Positions 27,512 to 36,305 of a stretch of DNA of 64,000 nt are shown here, piece after piece. The notes beneath the pieces are model-generated. The model was not told the DNA's origin. It saw only the letters and a program-made list of their open reading frames with translations, and did not search any database. Origin of the DNA: a virus; IMG/VR virus record IMGVR_UViG_3300018469_000001, positions 1-64,000 of that record. The stretch is one strand, 5' to 3'. Both the position numbers and the translations under genes were made by a program. Within the stretch, counting starts at the first letter, position 1; each line of letters opens with the position of its first letter.

Positions 27512-27540
27512 ACGTTACACGACCAGCAACAAGACCACAA
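27512..27540 (-). promoter_or_regulatory. conserved promoter-like motif, copy A (TTGTGG-N17-TAACGT)
   Basis: Minus strand reads TTGTGGtcttgttgctggtcgtgTAACGT, about 45 nt upstream of ATG 27462. 25 nt identical to copy B. Confidence 0.55.
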
Positions 27541-27565
27541 CAACGCGGGGCGGTTTGGGCACAGA

Positions 27566-27603
27566 AAAGACCCGAGGCGGGCCGGCACCCACCCCGGGTC
27601 TTT
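27566..27603 (-). terminator. intrinsic terminator of the 28338-27618 cassette
   Basis: On the minus strand, stem AAAGACCCGGGG / CCTCGGGTCTTT (1 mismatch) is followed by TCTTTTCTGT, 15 nt after the stop at 27618. Confidence 0.8.
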
Positions 27604-27617
27604 GCGCGCGGCCGGTC

Positions 27618-28019
27618 TCAGCGATACAAGACCGTCGGGAAGCCGTGCGCCACAAGGAAGTCGTCGAGCGCCTGGTCGACGTCGTTGCTGGACGCCTTGT
27701 CGTCGTGCCACTCGGTGTACGCGGCATGCAGCGCGGTCAGCCCGTCGTCATGGGTGGAGGCCGGCCCGGTGGTCTCCACCTGGCGCACGTTGATGACGAA
27801 ACGGCCGTCCAGCGTCGGCACCCATTGCATCTGGCGCACACTCCACCGCGCCTGCGCCAGCACGGCCGTGGCTGCGGTGACCCAGCCAAACGGATCGGCC
27901 GGGCTGAACTTGAGATCGTGCGCGCCGGTCTCGGTGTAGATGCGGACCTCGCCGGACGCCGGCTCGGCCAGCGCTACGCCGTCCTGGACGACATGGGATG
28001 GGGGTCTGCTGATTGGCAT
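27618..28019 (-). CDS. hypothetical protein (133 aa), second gene of two-gene cassette
   Basis: Clean ORF, GC3-rich. No motif recognised. Confidence 0.6.
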   Translation of the reverse strand: MPISRPPSHVVQDGVALAEPASGEVRIYTETGAHDLKFSPADPFGWVTAATAVLAQARWSVRQMQWVPTLDGRFVINVRQVETTGPASTHDDGLTALHAAYTEWHDDKASSNDVDQALDDFLVAHGFPTVLYR

Positions 28020-28050
28020 GGCGGGCCGCTCCTTCGTCGATGCTGGCGGG

Positions 28051-28338
28051 TCAGAGGTAGCCGAGAACCTTGAGCAGCGGGCCGTGGAGCTGGCCGGCGA
28101 CGTGGGCCATGGTGTCGGCCTGGTCCTGGCTGATGCCGTACACGCCTGGGTCGAGGCTCAGGTCGTGCGGGGCACCGGCGTCGATGATGTCGATCAGCGC
28201 ACCGATCGCGGCCGCGTCCAGGGCGATGATCGCCCGGCGGTTGTCCCGGTCGATCAGTACCCGGACGAACGGGGCGCCGTCGGGACCGGCGTCGACCGGC
28301 GGGACCGGCGTGGCTGTGGCGGGAAGTAGGTCCGACAT
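28051..28338 (-). CDS. hypothetical protein (95 aa), first gene of two-gene cassette
   Basis: ATG 28338 (MSDLLPAT) with RBS gagggggc. The extension to 28494 was rejected because it crosses promoter copy B. Confidence 0.6.
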   Translation of the reverse strand: MSDLLPATATPVPPVDAGPDGAPFVRVLIDRDNRRAIIALDAAAIGALIDIIDAGAPHDLSLDPGVYGISQDQADTMAHVAGQLHGPLLKVLGYL

Positions 28339-28386
28339 CTCGGCCCCCTCGTCCTCGGCGGGCGGCCGTTCCGCCCAGCGCAAGCA

Positions 28387-28416
28387 AACGTAACACGACC
28401 AGCAACAAGACCACAA
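28387..28416 (-). promoter_or_regulatory. conserved promoter-like motif, copy B (TTGTGG-N18-TACGTT)
   Basis: Minus strand reads TTGTGGtcttgttgctggtcgtgtTACGTT, about 50 nt upstream of ATG 28338. Confidence 0.5.
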
Positions 28417-28430
28417 CGCAGCGTGTCGTG

Positions 28431-28664
28431 TTAGTCCTGTGAGGTGTCCGCGATCAACCCGTTGGCAGCCAACCCCCGCCGCATATCCCGCCACGCCTCC
28501 ATCGCGTCGCGGTACGGCTTACGCCACGCACCCTTGCGTGGCCGCCCCACATCATCGCGCCCCCGCTCGGCCACCGACCGCCCCAAACTCTCCTGCTTGT
28601 CGATGTACCGCCGGACCATATCGACGGACAACCCGACCAGCCGGGCCGCGTCCTCCATCGACAT
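28431..28664 (-). CDS. excisionase/MerR-like HTH DNA-binding protein
   Basis: MSMEDAARLVGLSVDMVRRYIDKQ is a typical N-terminal HTH. An alternative start lies at 28715. The rest of the 593-aa antisense track ORF was rejected. Confidence 0.6.
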   Translation of the reverse strand: MSMEDAARLVGLSVDMVRRYIDKQESLGRSVAERGRDDVGRPRKGAWRKPYRDAMEAWRDMRRGLAANGLIADTSQD

Positions 28665-28752
28665 CGTCGGGCGGTCCCGATCACCAGCACCGTCCACACG
28701 CCACCCCTGATCCATTCGGGAGTACCTAGCAAACCTCGGAAGCGACACGATC

Positions 28753-30279
28753 ATGCCAGTCAGCCGGAAACCCGACCGCCAAGACGCGGCCGCATCCTGC
28801 AAACCTGGCAAACCTTGCACGGATCGTGTCACACTGGCGGGCATGCTCACAGCCGGACCGGACCACCGGACCACCACCGCGGACCACCGGACCATCCCGG
28901 ACCGGACCGCCCCGGCGCGACCCCATGCACCGGACCGGTCCGGTCCGCCCCCACCGGTCCGCCCCACCGGACCGCCCCACCGGACCGCCCCACCGGACCG
29001 CGTTGAGGAACGGACCGGACCGCGCCGTCGCCCCGGACCGGTCCGCACACCCGGACCGGTCCGCCCCCTGCCCGCCGGCGGCGGACTGGCCCTGTTCGTG
29101 CTCATCGGCACCGGCGCCGCCATCTGCGTGACCTCCTTCCTGTTCTCCTTCGAGAACGTCAAGCACCTCGCCATCAGCATCGGCATCCACAAAGACATCG
29201 CCCCCTGGATCTCCCCCACCGTCGACCTGTCCGTCGTCGGGTTCATGGTCGCCGTCCAGTGGCTCGCCCTGGCCGGCGTCACCTCCGCCCAGCTCCTACC
29301 CGCCCGCCGCGCCCTGGTCTTCGCCGGCGCCGTGATGCTGCTGCTCAACAGCGCACCGTCGGCCATGAACGCCGTCGCCGACCAGGACGTCAAAGCCGCA
29401 GGCCGCGCCCTGGTCGAGGCCGCCGTGCCGTGCCTGCTCATCATCTGGACCCACGTTGGCCCGAAGGTCATCCGGCTGTTCATCGAGGTCCGCGAGCAGC
29501 ACCGCGCCGCCGTACACGCCGTCCAGGCCGCCGCTGAGCAGGCCGCCCACGCGGAACAGCTCGCCGCCGAGCTCGCCGACCGGGCCGCCGCCGACTGGGC
29601 CGACCGGGCCGCCGCGGCGGAACGCCAGGCCGCCGCGGACCGCGAAGACGCGCAGCGCCGCGAGCTGCTCGCCGCCGCCGCCCGCCGCGAGGAAGCCGAC
29701 CGGGCGGACCGGACCGCCCGCGAGCAGGCGGACCGGTCCGCCCGCATCGAGTTGGCCCGGGCCGAAGCCGCACGCGCCGAAGCGGACCGGACCGCCGCAG
29801 CCGCCGAGGCGGACCGGGCCCGCGCCGAGGCGGACCGGGCTGCCGCGGACCGGGCCGCCGCAGAGGCGGACCGGCTCGCCGCCGAAGCACTGCGGACCGA
29901 AGCCGCGGCCGCGGCCCGGCCCGCCACCCGCCGCACCGGAACGCGGACCGGACCGCCGCACCGGAACGCGGACCGGCCCGGTCCGGTCCGGCCGCCGGCG
30001 GACAACGTCGCGCCGATCGCCGACGGAGCCACCGGCGCCCGCGAAGCCCTCGACAAGATCCGCCGCGAGTATCCGCGGTTCTCGTCGTGGGCCGAGCTGC
30101 GCACCGCGATGGAGGGCAGGGCGCCGTCGCTCAACGACGTCGCCCGCACCACCGGCATGGGCAAGGCACGCATCAGCCGGGCGCTCCAGCACGCCGAAGA
30201 CCTGGGCGTCACCTACCGCGACCCCGGCGACGACGAAACCAACCCCGACAACACCCCGGCGGTAACTGTCAGCAACTAG
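28753..30279 (+). CDS. DUF2637-like membrane protein with ADR-repeat coiled coil and C-terminal HTH
   Basis: TM core LALFVLIGTGAAICVTSFLFSFENVKHLA..APWISPTVDLSVVGFMVAV is typical of DUF2637 in actinomycete conjugative elements. Start uncertain (28753 or 28843). The first ~100 codons coincide with the repeat array. Confidence 0.65.
   Translation: MPVSRKPDRQDAAASCKPGKPCTDRVTLAGMLTAGPDHRTTTADHRTIPDRTAPARPHAPDRSGPPPPVRPTGPPHRTAPPDRVEERTGPRRRPGPVRTPGPVRPLPAGGGLALFVLIGTGAAICVTSFLFSFENVKHLAISIGIHKDIAPWISPTVDLSVVGFMVAVQWLALAGVTSAQLLPARRALVFAGAVMLLLNSAPSAMNAVADQDVKAAGRALVEAAVPCLLIIWTHVGPKVIRLFIEVREQHRAAVHAVQAAAEQAAHAEQLAAELADRAAADWADRAAAAERQAAADREDAQRRELLAAAARREEADRADRTAREQADRSARIELARAEAARAEADRTAAAAEADRARAEADRAAADRAAAEADRLAAEALRTEAAAAARPATRRTGTRTGPPHRNADRPGPVRPPADNVAPIADGATGAREALDKIRREYPRFSSWAELRTAMEGRAPSLNDVARTTGMGKARISRALQHAEDLGVTYRDPGDDETNPDNTPAVTVSN
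28855..29062. repeat. dense GG(A/T)CC / CGG(A/T)CCG repeat array (candidate clt / translocase recognition sites)
   Basis: 20 GGACC/GGTCC pentamers in 208 bp, in both orientations, including CCGGACCGGTCCGG palindromes. A 13-bp unit gccccaccggacc occurs x3 (plus one inverted-core copy) at 28947-29000. Confidence 0.7.
29704..29991. repeat. second GCGGACCGG repeat cluster (also encodes the ADR protein repeat)
   Basis: About 10 copies of GCGGACCG(G/A) plus GGTCCGGTCCGG at 29980-29991. They coincide with the EADRA..ADR coiled-coil coding region. Confidence 0.5.
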
Positions 30280-30432
30280 TCGCATGTGGTCGTCGCATGC
30301 AGTCGCCCCACCAGGGGCCACCCGGGCGGCCCAGAACAGCAGAAACAGCCCCCCGCCCGGGGGACGACGACGATCACGACCACGACCACAACATGCACAC
30401 CCCGTCACCACCCGGATAGGAAGGCCCGGCAG

Positions 30433-31767
30433 ATGACGCTCAACACCACGCCGGCCACAGCACCACCGCCCGCACCCGCCCCACCAGCAGACAAGCCGGC
30501 CGCCGAGAAGAAGCCCAGCCGCAACCCGGTGGTCCACGTACGGCCGCTGGCCGCCGCAGCCGGCAACGCCGCCACCATCGGCGGCGCCACCGCCGTACAC
30601 GCCGGCGGACCGTGGGCGCTCGCCGCGATCGCAGCCGTCGCCGCCGTCGGCGCAGGCGCGGCGGCCCGCACCCGCGTGCGGTCCAACCGGGCCGCCTCCG
30701 GCTCAGCGTTCCGGACCACCCGGACCACCACCAGCGGCGGCCGCCGCACCGGCATGCCCCACCTCGGGCTCGGCCGCAGCACGTCGGGCCGGGCCGCATC
30801 AGCCGGCATCCCGGCCGGCCGCCGCGGCGGCACCGCGGCGACTGCCGGCCGACGGACCGGCGGCGCCCGGACCGGTCTCGGCCGCGGCGGATCCGGCCTG
30901 TCCGGTCTGCGTGGCCGCGCGCCCGGGCTCGGCGGCAAATCCGGCAGCGGCAAGCTCACCCCGGGCAAGGTCGCCCGCGCCCGCCGGCTGCTCGCCGACC
31001 GGAAAGCACGCGACGCCGCCCGGCGGGCCCGGCACAAGCTGCGCGGCGAAACCGGCCAGCGGCGCCAGGCCGCAGCCGACCAGGCCCGCGCCCGCCGCGA
31101 CGCCCAGCGGGAACACCGCCGCACCAACCCCGGCTGGTGGCGACGCTGGTGGCGGGCCCGGACCGGCCGCACCACCAAACCCGACGACCCGGCCACCACC
31201 ACGCCCGGCAACAAGACGGGCCGGGAACCGGCCGTCGGCGACACCGCCCGACGCGGCACCACCGACCCGGGCCGCCGCACACCGCGGCGCCCCGCCCAGC
31301 CACCCGCAGGCCACCGGCCCGCAGGTTCCCGCCCCGCCACACCCACCGGCCCGGCCATCCCGGCCGCCGCCGCATCAGGAGGACCCGTGTCCGCAGGACC
31401 GTCGGTGATGCGGGCGCTGCTCGCCCTCGCCGAAGAGATGAAAGCCGTTGCCATCAAGCACGAACGACCCGAAGGCGTCATGCAGCTCATCCAGGAATAC
31501 GAAATCCTGCCCGAGGTGCTCGACGTGCTCACCGAAGCGTGGACGGCTTGGCACACCCGCGCCACCGACCCGCACGACGGTGACCCGCTCAACCCGGCCG
31601 TGATGGATCTGCTCGCCGAAATCGCCAAAACCCAGCGGGTCGCCGCGCACGCCGCAGCCGAAGTCGCCCCGCTGGCCCGCCGGCTGGAGGCCGCCCGCAT
31701 CGAGGCGCTACGCGACCGCCGCAACCGGATGTGGGACCTGCGCGCAAACGACGGGTACGCGGCATGA
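30433..31767 (+). CDS. Spd-like hypothetical protein (Arg/Gly-rich centre, helical C-terminus)
   Basis: ATG 30433 with RBS aggaagg. One TM-like segment (PWALAAIAAVAAVGAGAAA). Lies immediately upstream of, and coupled to, the translocase. Confidence 0.6.
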   Translation: MTLNTTPATAPPPAPAPPADKPAAEKKPSRNPVVHVRPLAAAAGNAATIGGATAVHAGGPWALAAIAAVAAVGAGAAARTRVRSNRAASGSAFRTTRTTTSGGRRTGMPHLGLGRSTSGRAASAGIPAGRRGGTAATAGRRTGGARTGLGRGGSGLSGLRGRAPGLGGKSGSGKLTPGKVARARRLLADRKARDAARRARHKLRGETGQRRQAAADQARARRDAQREHRRTNPGWWRRWWRARTGRTTKPDDPATTTPGNKTGREPAVGDTARRGTTDPGRRTPRRPAQPPAGHRPAGSRPATPTGPAIPAAAASGGPVSAGPSVMRALLALAEEMKAVAIKHERPEGVMQLIQEYEILPEVLDVLTEAWTAWHTRATDPHDGDPLNPAVMDLLAEIAKTQRVAAHAAAEVAPLARRLEAARIEALRDRRNRMWDLRANDGYAA

Positions 31768-34079
31768 GCGGGCGGCGCCGGCCCCGGGTGGACCTGTCGT
31801 TCGGCCCCGGACATGGGCCGGTCTCCGGGGTACTCAACGCGGCCGGCGCTGCCCTGGGCGCCACCATGCTGCTAGACCTCACCGGCGGGTCAGGGGTGTA
31901 CGGGTTCGCCGCGGCGTTCCTGCTCGCCTGCGCAGGCGCGGGCGTGGCCCTCTGGTACGACCAGCCCGACCGGGTCGTGGCCTACCGGGCCGGCTGCTGG
32001 CTGGCCGCCGGCGTCTGGTCGGCGTGGACCCTGTCCGGATTCCAGGGCATCCCGCTGCCGGCCACCGCCATGCGGTTGGGCGGCTGGTTCTGGTCGCCGG
32101 GCACCCCGTGGGCGGCACGCCCGGCCTACGGCCTGGCCGCCGGCGCCGCCGTCGCCGCCGCGGTCGGCTGGGCCATCGAGCGGGCCGAAAAACGCGCCGC
32201 CGCCGAGGCCGAACGACTGGCCAAACAGACCGAAGCCCAGCGGCTCGCCGCCGAAGAAGCTGCCCTGGCCGCCCGCACCCCCGCCAACGAGCAGGAAGCC
32301 ATCGCCTTCACGGTGGGCCCGGTGCTGCGCCGCATCACCCGCAAGGCGATCCAGATCCTCAACGTCGAGCTGTGGGAGCCCAACTACGGGCACACCCTGG
32401 ACTGCGAGCTGCCCGACGACGGCACCACACTCGGCGACATCAAGCCGTACGAAGAGGCGATCGCGTCCGCGCTGGACCTGGGCGAGGGTTGCGGGGTAGA
32501 GATCGTCCGGCCGGAAGGGCTCGGCCGCCGCGCCGTCCACATCAAGATCACGACGGTGTCGGCGCTCGGCCAGGACATTCCGCTGCCCGCCGACTACAGC
32601 CCGGAGACCATCGAAAACCCGGTCGCGTTGGGGGTCGAAACCGACCGCAAGGTCGCCGAGGTGCCGTTGCGATTCGAGTCCGCCGTCCTGGTCGGGCAGA
32701 CCGACAGCGGCAAGTCCAACCAGCTCAACGTCCTGGTCGCCGGCCTGGCCCGGTGCACCGACGTGCTGCTGGCCGGCATCGACCTGTCCGGCCAGGGCCG
32801 ATTCCTGCGCCCCTGGCAGCGTCCCTACTACGAGGGACGCGCCCCCGCCCCCGTGTTTGCCCTGACCGCGGTCAACGACGTCCAGGCCGCCCTGCTGGTC
32901 CAGGCGCTCATCCAGATCGTCGACGGCCGCACCGCCGACTACGCCCCGCTGATGCACGCCGAGAAAGAAGACAAGATCGTCCCCCGGCCGACGTTGCCGC
33001 AAATCGTGCTGATCATCGATGAGTTCGGCAAGCTGTCCGAGCGGGTCAAAGAGATGGTCATCACCTTGACCGACACCGGCCGCGGCGCCGCCGTCCGCGT
33101 CGTGTCCTGCGCGCTGGAGGCCACCGCCGGCTACATCCCCCGAAAGATCATCACGCAGTCGCGGGTCCGTATCGGCATGCGCGTCCAGGACGAAACCCAG
33201 CTCCAATATTTGTTCGACACCACCTGGCGCCGCGGCCGATTCGACCCGGCGTCGATGCCCTGGAAGGGCAGCGGCCTCTACACCGAGGGCACCCGATTCC
33301 CCGACCGCTTCAAGGGCTACCGGGTCAACCCCGAGCAGGTCGACCAGATCGCTGTCGCGGTCGGCCCCCTGCGCCCCCCGCTCGACGAGCCGTCACTGCG
33401 CCGCGGCGACGACGTCACCCTCACCGTCAAGGGCGACGACGGGCTGCGCACCGAACGCGACTTCGTCGGCGTGCTTACCGCCAACGAAGCCATGACCTTC
33501 CCGCTGATCTTCCCCGACGGCGCCGGCCCCTCAGCCGCCGCCGCCACCAGCACCGGAGAGGACCCCGCGATGTCCCAACAGCAGCAGCCTGCCAGCACCG
33601 GCCCGGCCGCCGACCTCGGCGGCGCCGTACGCGACCTGAACAGCTCGCTCGAGCGCGCCCGCAAGGCCGCCGACGCAGCCGAGAAGGCCGTCGCCGGCGG
33701 CGACGGCGACCAGGGCGACGACCAGCAGCCCGGCCCCGCCGACGACCCCGAGCTGCCAAGCCTCAACGCCCTGTGGGCGTCCCCGGCCGAAGAACCAGTG
33801 CGCCCCAAGGACCAGGCCCCGGCGGCCGCGCCGCGCCGTCCGGCCGTACCGCCGCGCCGCCGCGTCCAGCAGCTCATCGCCGCGGCCGCCGACACCGGTA
33901 TCGGGCCCGGCGACATCCACGCCGCGCTCAAGGCCGAGGGCTACCCGACCTCGCTGACCACGGTCAACAACTGGCTGCGGGAGTGGGCCGCGCAGGGCAT
34001 CGTCGTCCAGCCCGCGGGGGAGCGCACCCCGTGGTTTCCCGGCCCGCAGATGGGCGAGCACGGGCAGGCAGCGGCATGA
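31764..34079 (+). CDS. traB: TraB/TraSA-type FtsK/SpoIIIE-family dsDNA translocase
   Basis: N-terminal hydrophobic helices, Walker A VGQTDSGKSN, Walker B IVLIIDEFGK, and a C-terminal wHTH-like tail (IHAALKAEGYPTSLTTVNNWLREWAAQGIV). ATGA overlap with the upstream stop. Confidence 0.85.
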   Translation: MSGRRRPRVDLSFGPGHGPVSGVLNAAGAALGATMLLDLTGGSGVYGFAAAFLLACAGAGVALWYDQPDRVVAYRAGCWLAAGVWSAWTLSGFQGIPLPATAMRLGGWFWSPGTPWAARPAYGLAAGAAVAAAVGWAIERAEKRAAAEAERLAKQTEAQRLAAEEAALAARTPANEQEAIAFTVGPVLRRITRKAIQILNVELWEPNYGHTLDCELPDDGTTLGDIKPYEEAIASALDLGEGCGVEIVRPEGLGRRAVHIKITTVSALGQDIPLPADYSPETIENPVALGVETDRKVAEVPLRFESAVLVGQTDSGKSNQLNVLVAGLARCTDVLLAGIDLSGQGRFLRPWQRPYYEGRAPAPVFALTAVNDVQAALLVQALIQIVDGRTADYAPLMHAEKEDKIVPRPTLPQIVLIIDEFGKLSERVKEMVITLTDTGRGAAVRVVSCALEATAGYIPRKIITQSRVRIGMRVQDETQLQYLFDTTWRRGRFDPASMPWKGSGLYTEGTRFPDRFKGYRVNPEQVDQIAVAVGPLRPPLDEPSLRRGDDVTLTVKGDDGLRTERDFVGVLTANEAMTFPLIFPDGAGPSAAAATSTGEDPAMSQQQQPASTGPAADLGGAVRDLNSSLERARKAADAAEKAVAGGDGDQGDDQQPGPADDPELPSLNALWASPAEEPVRPKDQAPAAAPRRPAVPPRRRVQQLIAAAADTGIGPGDIHAALKAEGYPTSLTTVNNWLREWAAQGIVVQPAGERTPWFPGPQMGEHGQAAA

Positions 34080-35038
34080 CCGGCCGCATCATCGGCATGA
34101 GCGGGCCCATCATCGGCACCCGGATACGCCGGCCCGGCGACCCGCCGCCGCAGACGGTCGACTGGCTGCCTCACCCCGACCCCGACCCCGCCGACGTCAC
34201 GCCGGCTCGCGCCACCGGCAAACCACGCACCAAAGGCCGGCCTATGCCGGAGATGCCCGCCGGCGGCTACCTGCCGTACCGGCTGTTCGGGAAGCTCCCC
34301 GCCGAGGCCGCCTGGTGGCGGCGCCTGACCGCCTGGGCGACCGGCAGCGCGCACCACCTGCTCTACCTGGGCATCACCTGCCGCAACGGGTTCGTGCGTT
34401 GGGTGGAGCATTCCGACATCCAGGACTGGGCCGGCGACGTGGCCCGGGCCGAACGCGACGACTCGATCCGGTGGCGCACCCTCTACGACGCCGTCGAAGA
34501 CGAGCGCGGCCGCATCGTCCTGGTCCTCGACGACCGGCAGCCCGACGGCGCCCGCCCCGCCCGCCCCGACGAGCTGCTCGACCCGCAGCCTCACCCGTGG
34601 CGTCTCAACGGCGTCGACGTGCTCGCCCACCGCATCCACCCGGCCGGCCTGCCCGGCCGCCGCATGGGCACCGTCATCGAAGGGGCCAAGACCGGCGAGC
34701 GCCGCATGGTCCAGGCCGAGGCCCCGGTCCACAACCACGAGCACAACGAAGGCAACGCCGGCGCCGTACGCCGGCGGTACCGCATCCTGCCCACCCACGT
34801 AGCGCTGTGGCGCCGCCAGGCCGCCCACCTGGCCCTGCTGTGGCTCACCCTGGCCGGGCTGCTCGGCTGGGCATCCTACGACGGCCGCGGACTGTCGGGC
34901 ATCCTCGCCGCGGTCTCCTCCGCCATCCCGGTCGCCGCCGTGCTGATCCTGCTCGCCCAGCTCGGCCGGCAAACCGTCCGCGGCCGCGTCCACCTGAAAC
35001 TGCAACGGGCACGCCGCAGGGGAGGCGCCCGCCGATGA
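34076..35038 (+). CDS. hypothetical protein with C-terminal TM helices (Spd-like)
   Basis: ATGA overlap with the traB stop. C-terminal LALLWLTLAGLLGW and AIPVAAVLILLAQL. Confidence 0.55.
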   Translation: MTGRIIGMSGPIIGTRIRRPGDPPPQTVDWLPHPDPDPADVTPARATGKPRTKGRPMPEMPAGGYLPYRLFGKLPAEAAWWRRLTAWATGSAHHLLYLGITCRNGFVRWVEHSDIQDWAGDVARAERDDSIRWRTLYDAVEDERGRIVLVLDDRQPDGARPARPDELLDPQPHPWRLNGVDVLAHRIHPAGLPGRRMGTVIEGAKTGERRMVQAEAPVHNHEHNEGNAGAVRRRYRILPTHVALWRRQAAHLALLWLTLAGLLGWASYDGRGLSGILAAVSSAIPVAAVLILLAQLGRQTVRGRVHLKLQRARRRGGARR

Positions 35039-35424
35039 TCCCCGGATCAGGTGACGTGCTGCTCATCGACCGCGAGGCGTCCGTCCAGTTCCTCGAGCCG
35101 ATCCTGTTGCGGGTCATCCGCGTCCACAACTGGACCACCTACACCGGGTGGGTGTGGCTGGACGGATACCAGCTCCTGCCCAACGGTGACGCCATCGAGC
35201 GCCGGTCGGTGTTCGTCCAGCTCGCCGGGCTTAAGCAGATACCGACCGCCATCCCGCCGGCGGCCCGCCGCAACGCCGCCCGGTCGGCGAAACGGAAAGC
35301 GCCGGACCGCGACAAGTGCCATCCCACGTTGGTCCACCTGCCGGATCCGACCCGGCCGCCGGACCCGGAGCCGCGATCCCGGCCGGAGCCGCATGCTCGC
35401 GCCGGTGGGCTGCAACGCTCGTGA
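35035..35424 (+). CDS. hypothetical protein
   Basis: ATGA overlap with the upstream stop. 129 aa. Confidence 0.55.
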   Translation: MIPGSGDVLLIDREASVQFLEPILLRVIRVHNWTTYTGWVWLDGYQLLPNGDAIERRSVFVQLAGLKQIPTAIPPAARRNAARSAKRKAPDRDKCHPTLVHLPDPTRPPDPEPRSRPEPHARAGGLQRS

Positions 35425-35540
35425 GAGCGCTTGCCGCCGTGGCGCGTCGAGGCGCCCGGCTGATCCCGTGGCCGGTCAACGACCCGGTGATGGTCGGCCT
35501 CGCCCTGGCCGTCCTGCTGACCCTGGCCGTCCTCGGATAA
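35421..35540 (+). CDS. very small membrane protein (39 aa)
   Basis: GTGA overlap with the upstream stop. VMVGLALAVLLTLAVLG. Low confidence because of its size. Confidence 0.35.
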   Translation: MRALAAVARRGARLIPWPVNDPVMVGLALAVLLTLAVLG

Positions 35541-35554
35541 CCCACCCCCTCCCG

Positions 35555-35583
35555 TTGTGGTCTTGTTGGTGGTCGCGTAACGT
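35555..35583 (+). promoter_or_regulatory. conserved promoter-like motif, copy C (TTGTGG-N17-TAACGT), rightward
   Basis: TTGTGGtcttgttggtggtcgcgTAACGT lies 49 nt upstream of ATG 35632, followed by the palindrome ggtgggtggcc/ggccacccacc in the leader. Confidence 0.6.
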
Positions 35584-35631
35584 GTCGGGTGGGTGGCCAC
35601 CCCGGGCCACCCACCAGGCAGGGAGACGAAC

Positions 35632-35826
35632 ATGGACCAGCTCGACCTGTTCGGCGAGGCCACCCCCATCACCGCCCCGTCGCCCGCCCCGGTCGACCCC
35701 CAGCTCGCCCTGTTCCGCCCCGACTTCCTGGCCATGCGCGCCCCCCGGCCGCGCGGTGCCGCCGCCCGCAAGGCCGCCGCGGCCGCCGCCCTGGACCCCG
35801 CGCTGCACAACGACGCGCTGATCTGA
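35632..35826 (+). CDS. hypothetical small protein
   Basis: ATG 35632 (MDQLDLFGE) with RBS gcagggag. Confidence 0.5.
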   Translation: MDQLDLFGEATPITAPSPAPVDPQLALFRPDFLAMRAPRPRGAAARKAAAAAALDPALHNDALI

Positions 35827-35835
35827 GGGACGACA

Positions 35836-36291
35836 ATGACCGACGACCGTTACGACGAGCTGGGCCCGCTGGCCTTCGCCCCCGACGACACCATCGAGAT
35901 CGAGCAGCCCCCGGTCGACGTGCCCCGCGACACCTGCGGACTGCGCCCCGGATCGCGCCGCGTGGCCAGCAGCAGCGGCGACCGCGACTACCGCTACATC
36001 GGCGTCGTACGCCTCGACGGCCGGCCGATCGCCGAGTGCGGCCACGAGCACCGCAACCGCGACTGGAACGGCGCCACCGACTGCGCCCGCGCCGTCCTCG
36101 CCGGAGCAGCCAACCCCAACGTCGCCGCCGCGGCCGCCGGAACGATCTGCGACCGCTGGATGCCGCTGACCCATGCCACCGGCCACACCTACAGCAAGAC
36201 CACCATCGACGCGGCCAAGACCGCCGCCCACACCGACGCGGCCACCTACCGCGCCGCCGTCGACACCGTCCGCACCGCCATCGCCCGCTGA
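35836..36291 (+). CDS. hypothetical protein
   Basis: RBS gaggga. 151 aa. Confidence 0.55.
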   Translation: MTDDRYDELGPLAFAPDDTIEIEQPPVDVPRDTCGLRPGSRRVASSSGDRDYRYIGVVRLDGRPIAECGHEHRNRDWNGATDCARAVLAGAANPNVAAAAAGTICDRWMPLTHATGHTYSKTTIDAAKTAAHTDAATYRAAVDTVRTAIAR

Positions 36292-36305
36292 AAGGGACCA
36301 CGACG

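Noticed and set aside
28855-29062. The GG(A/T)CC repeat array as a possible CRISPR array.
   Set aside because: The units are 5-13 bp, irregularly spaced and in both orientations. There are no uniform spacers and no cas genes in the window.
30376-30412. cacgaccacgaccacaac as a seventh copy of the conserved promoter.
   Set aside because: Only the TTGTGGTCGTG part is present (minus strand). There is no TA(A)CGT hexamer and no minus-strand gene downstream.
34370-34430. A GIY-YIG-like motif (LLYLGITCRNGFVRWVEH) in 34076..35038.
   Set aside because: Only a loose resemblance. The conserved Arg/Glu/Asn positions cannot be placed by eye, and the gene context (Spd-like membrane protein) does not support a nuclease.
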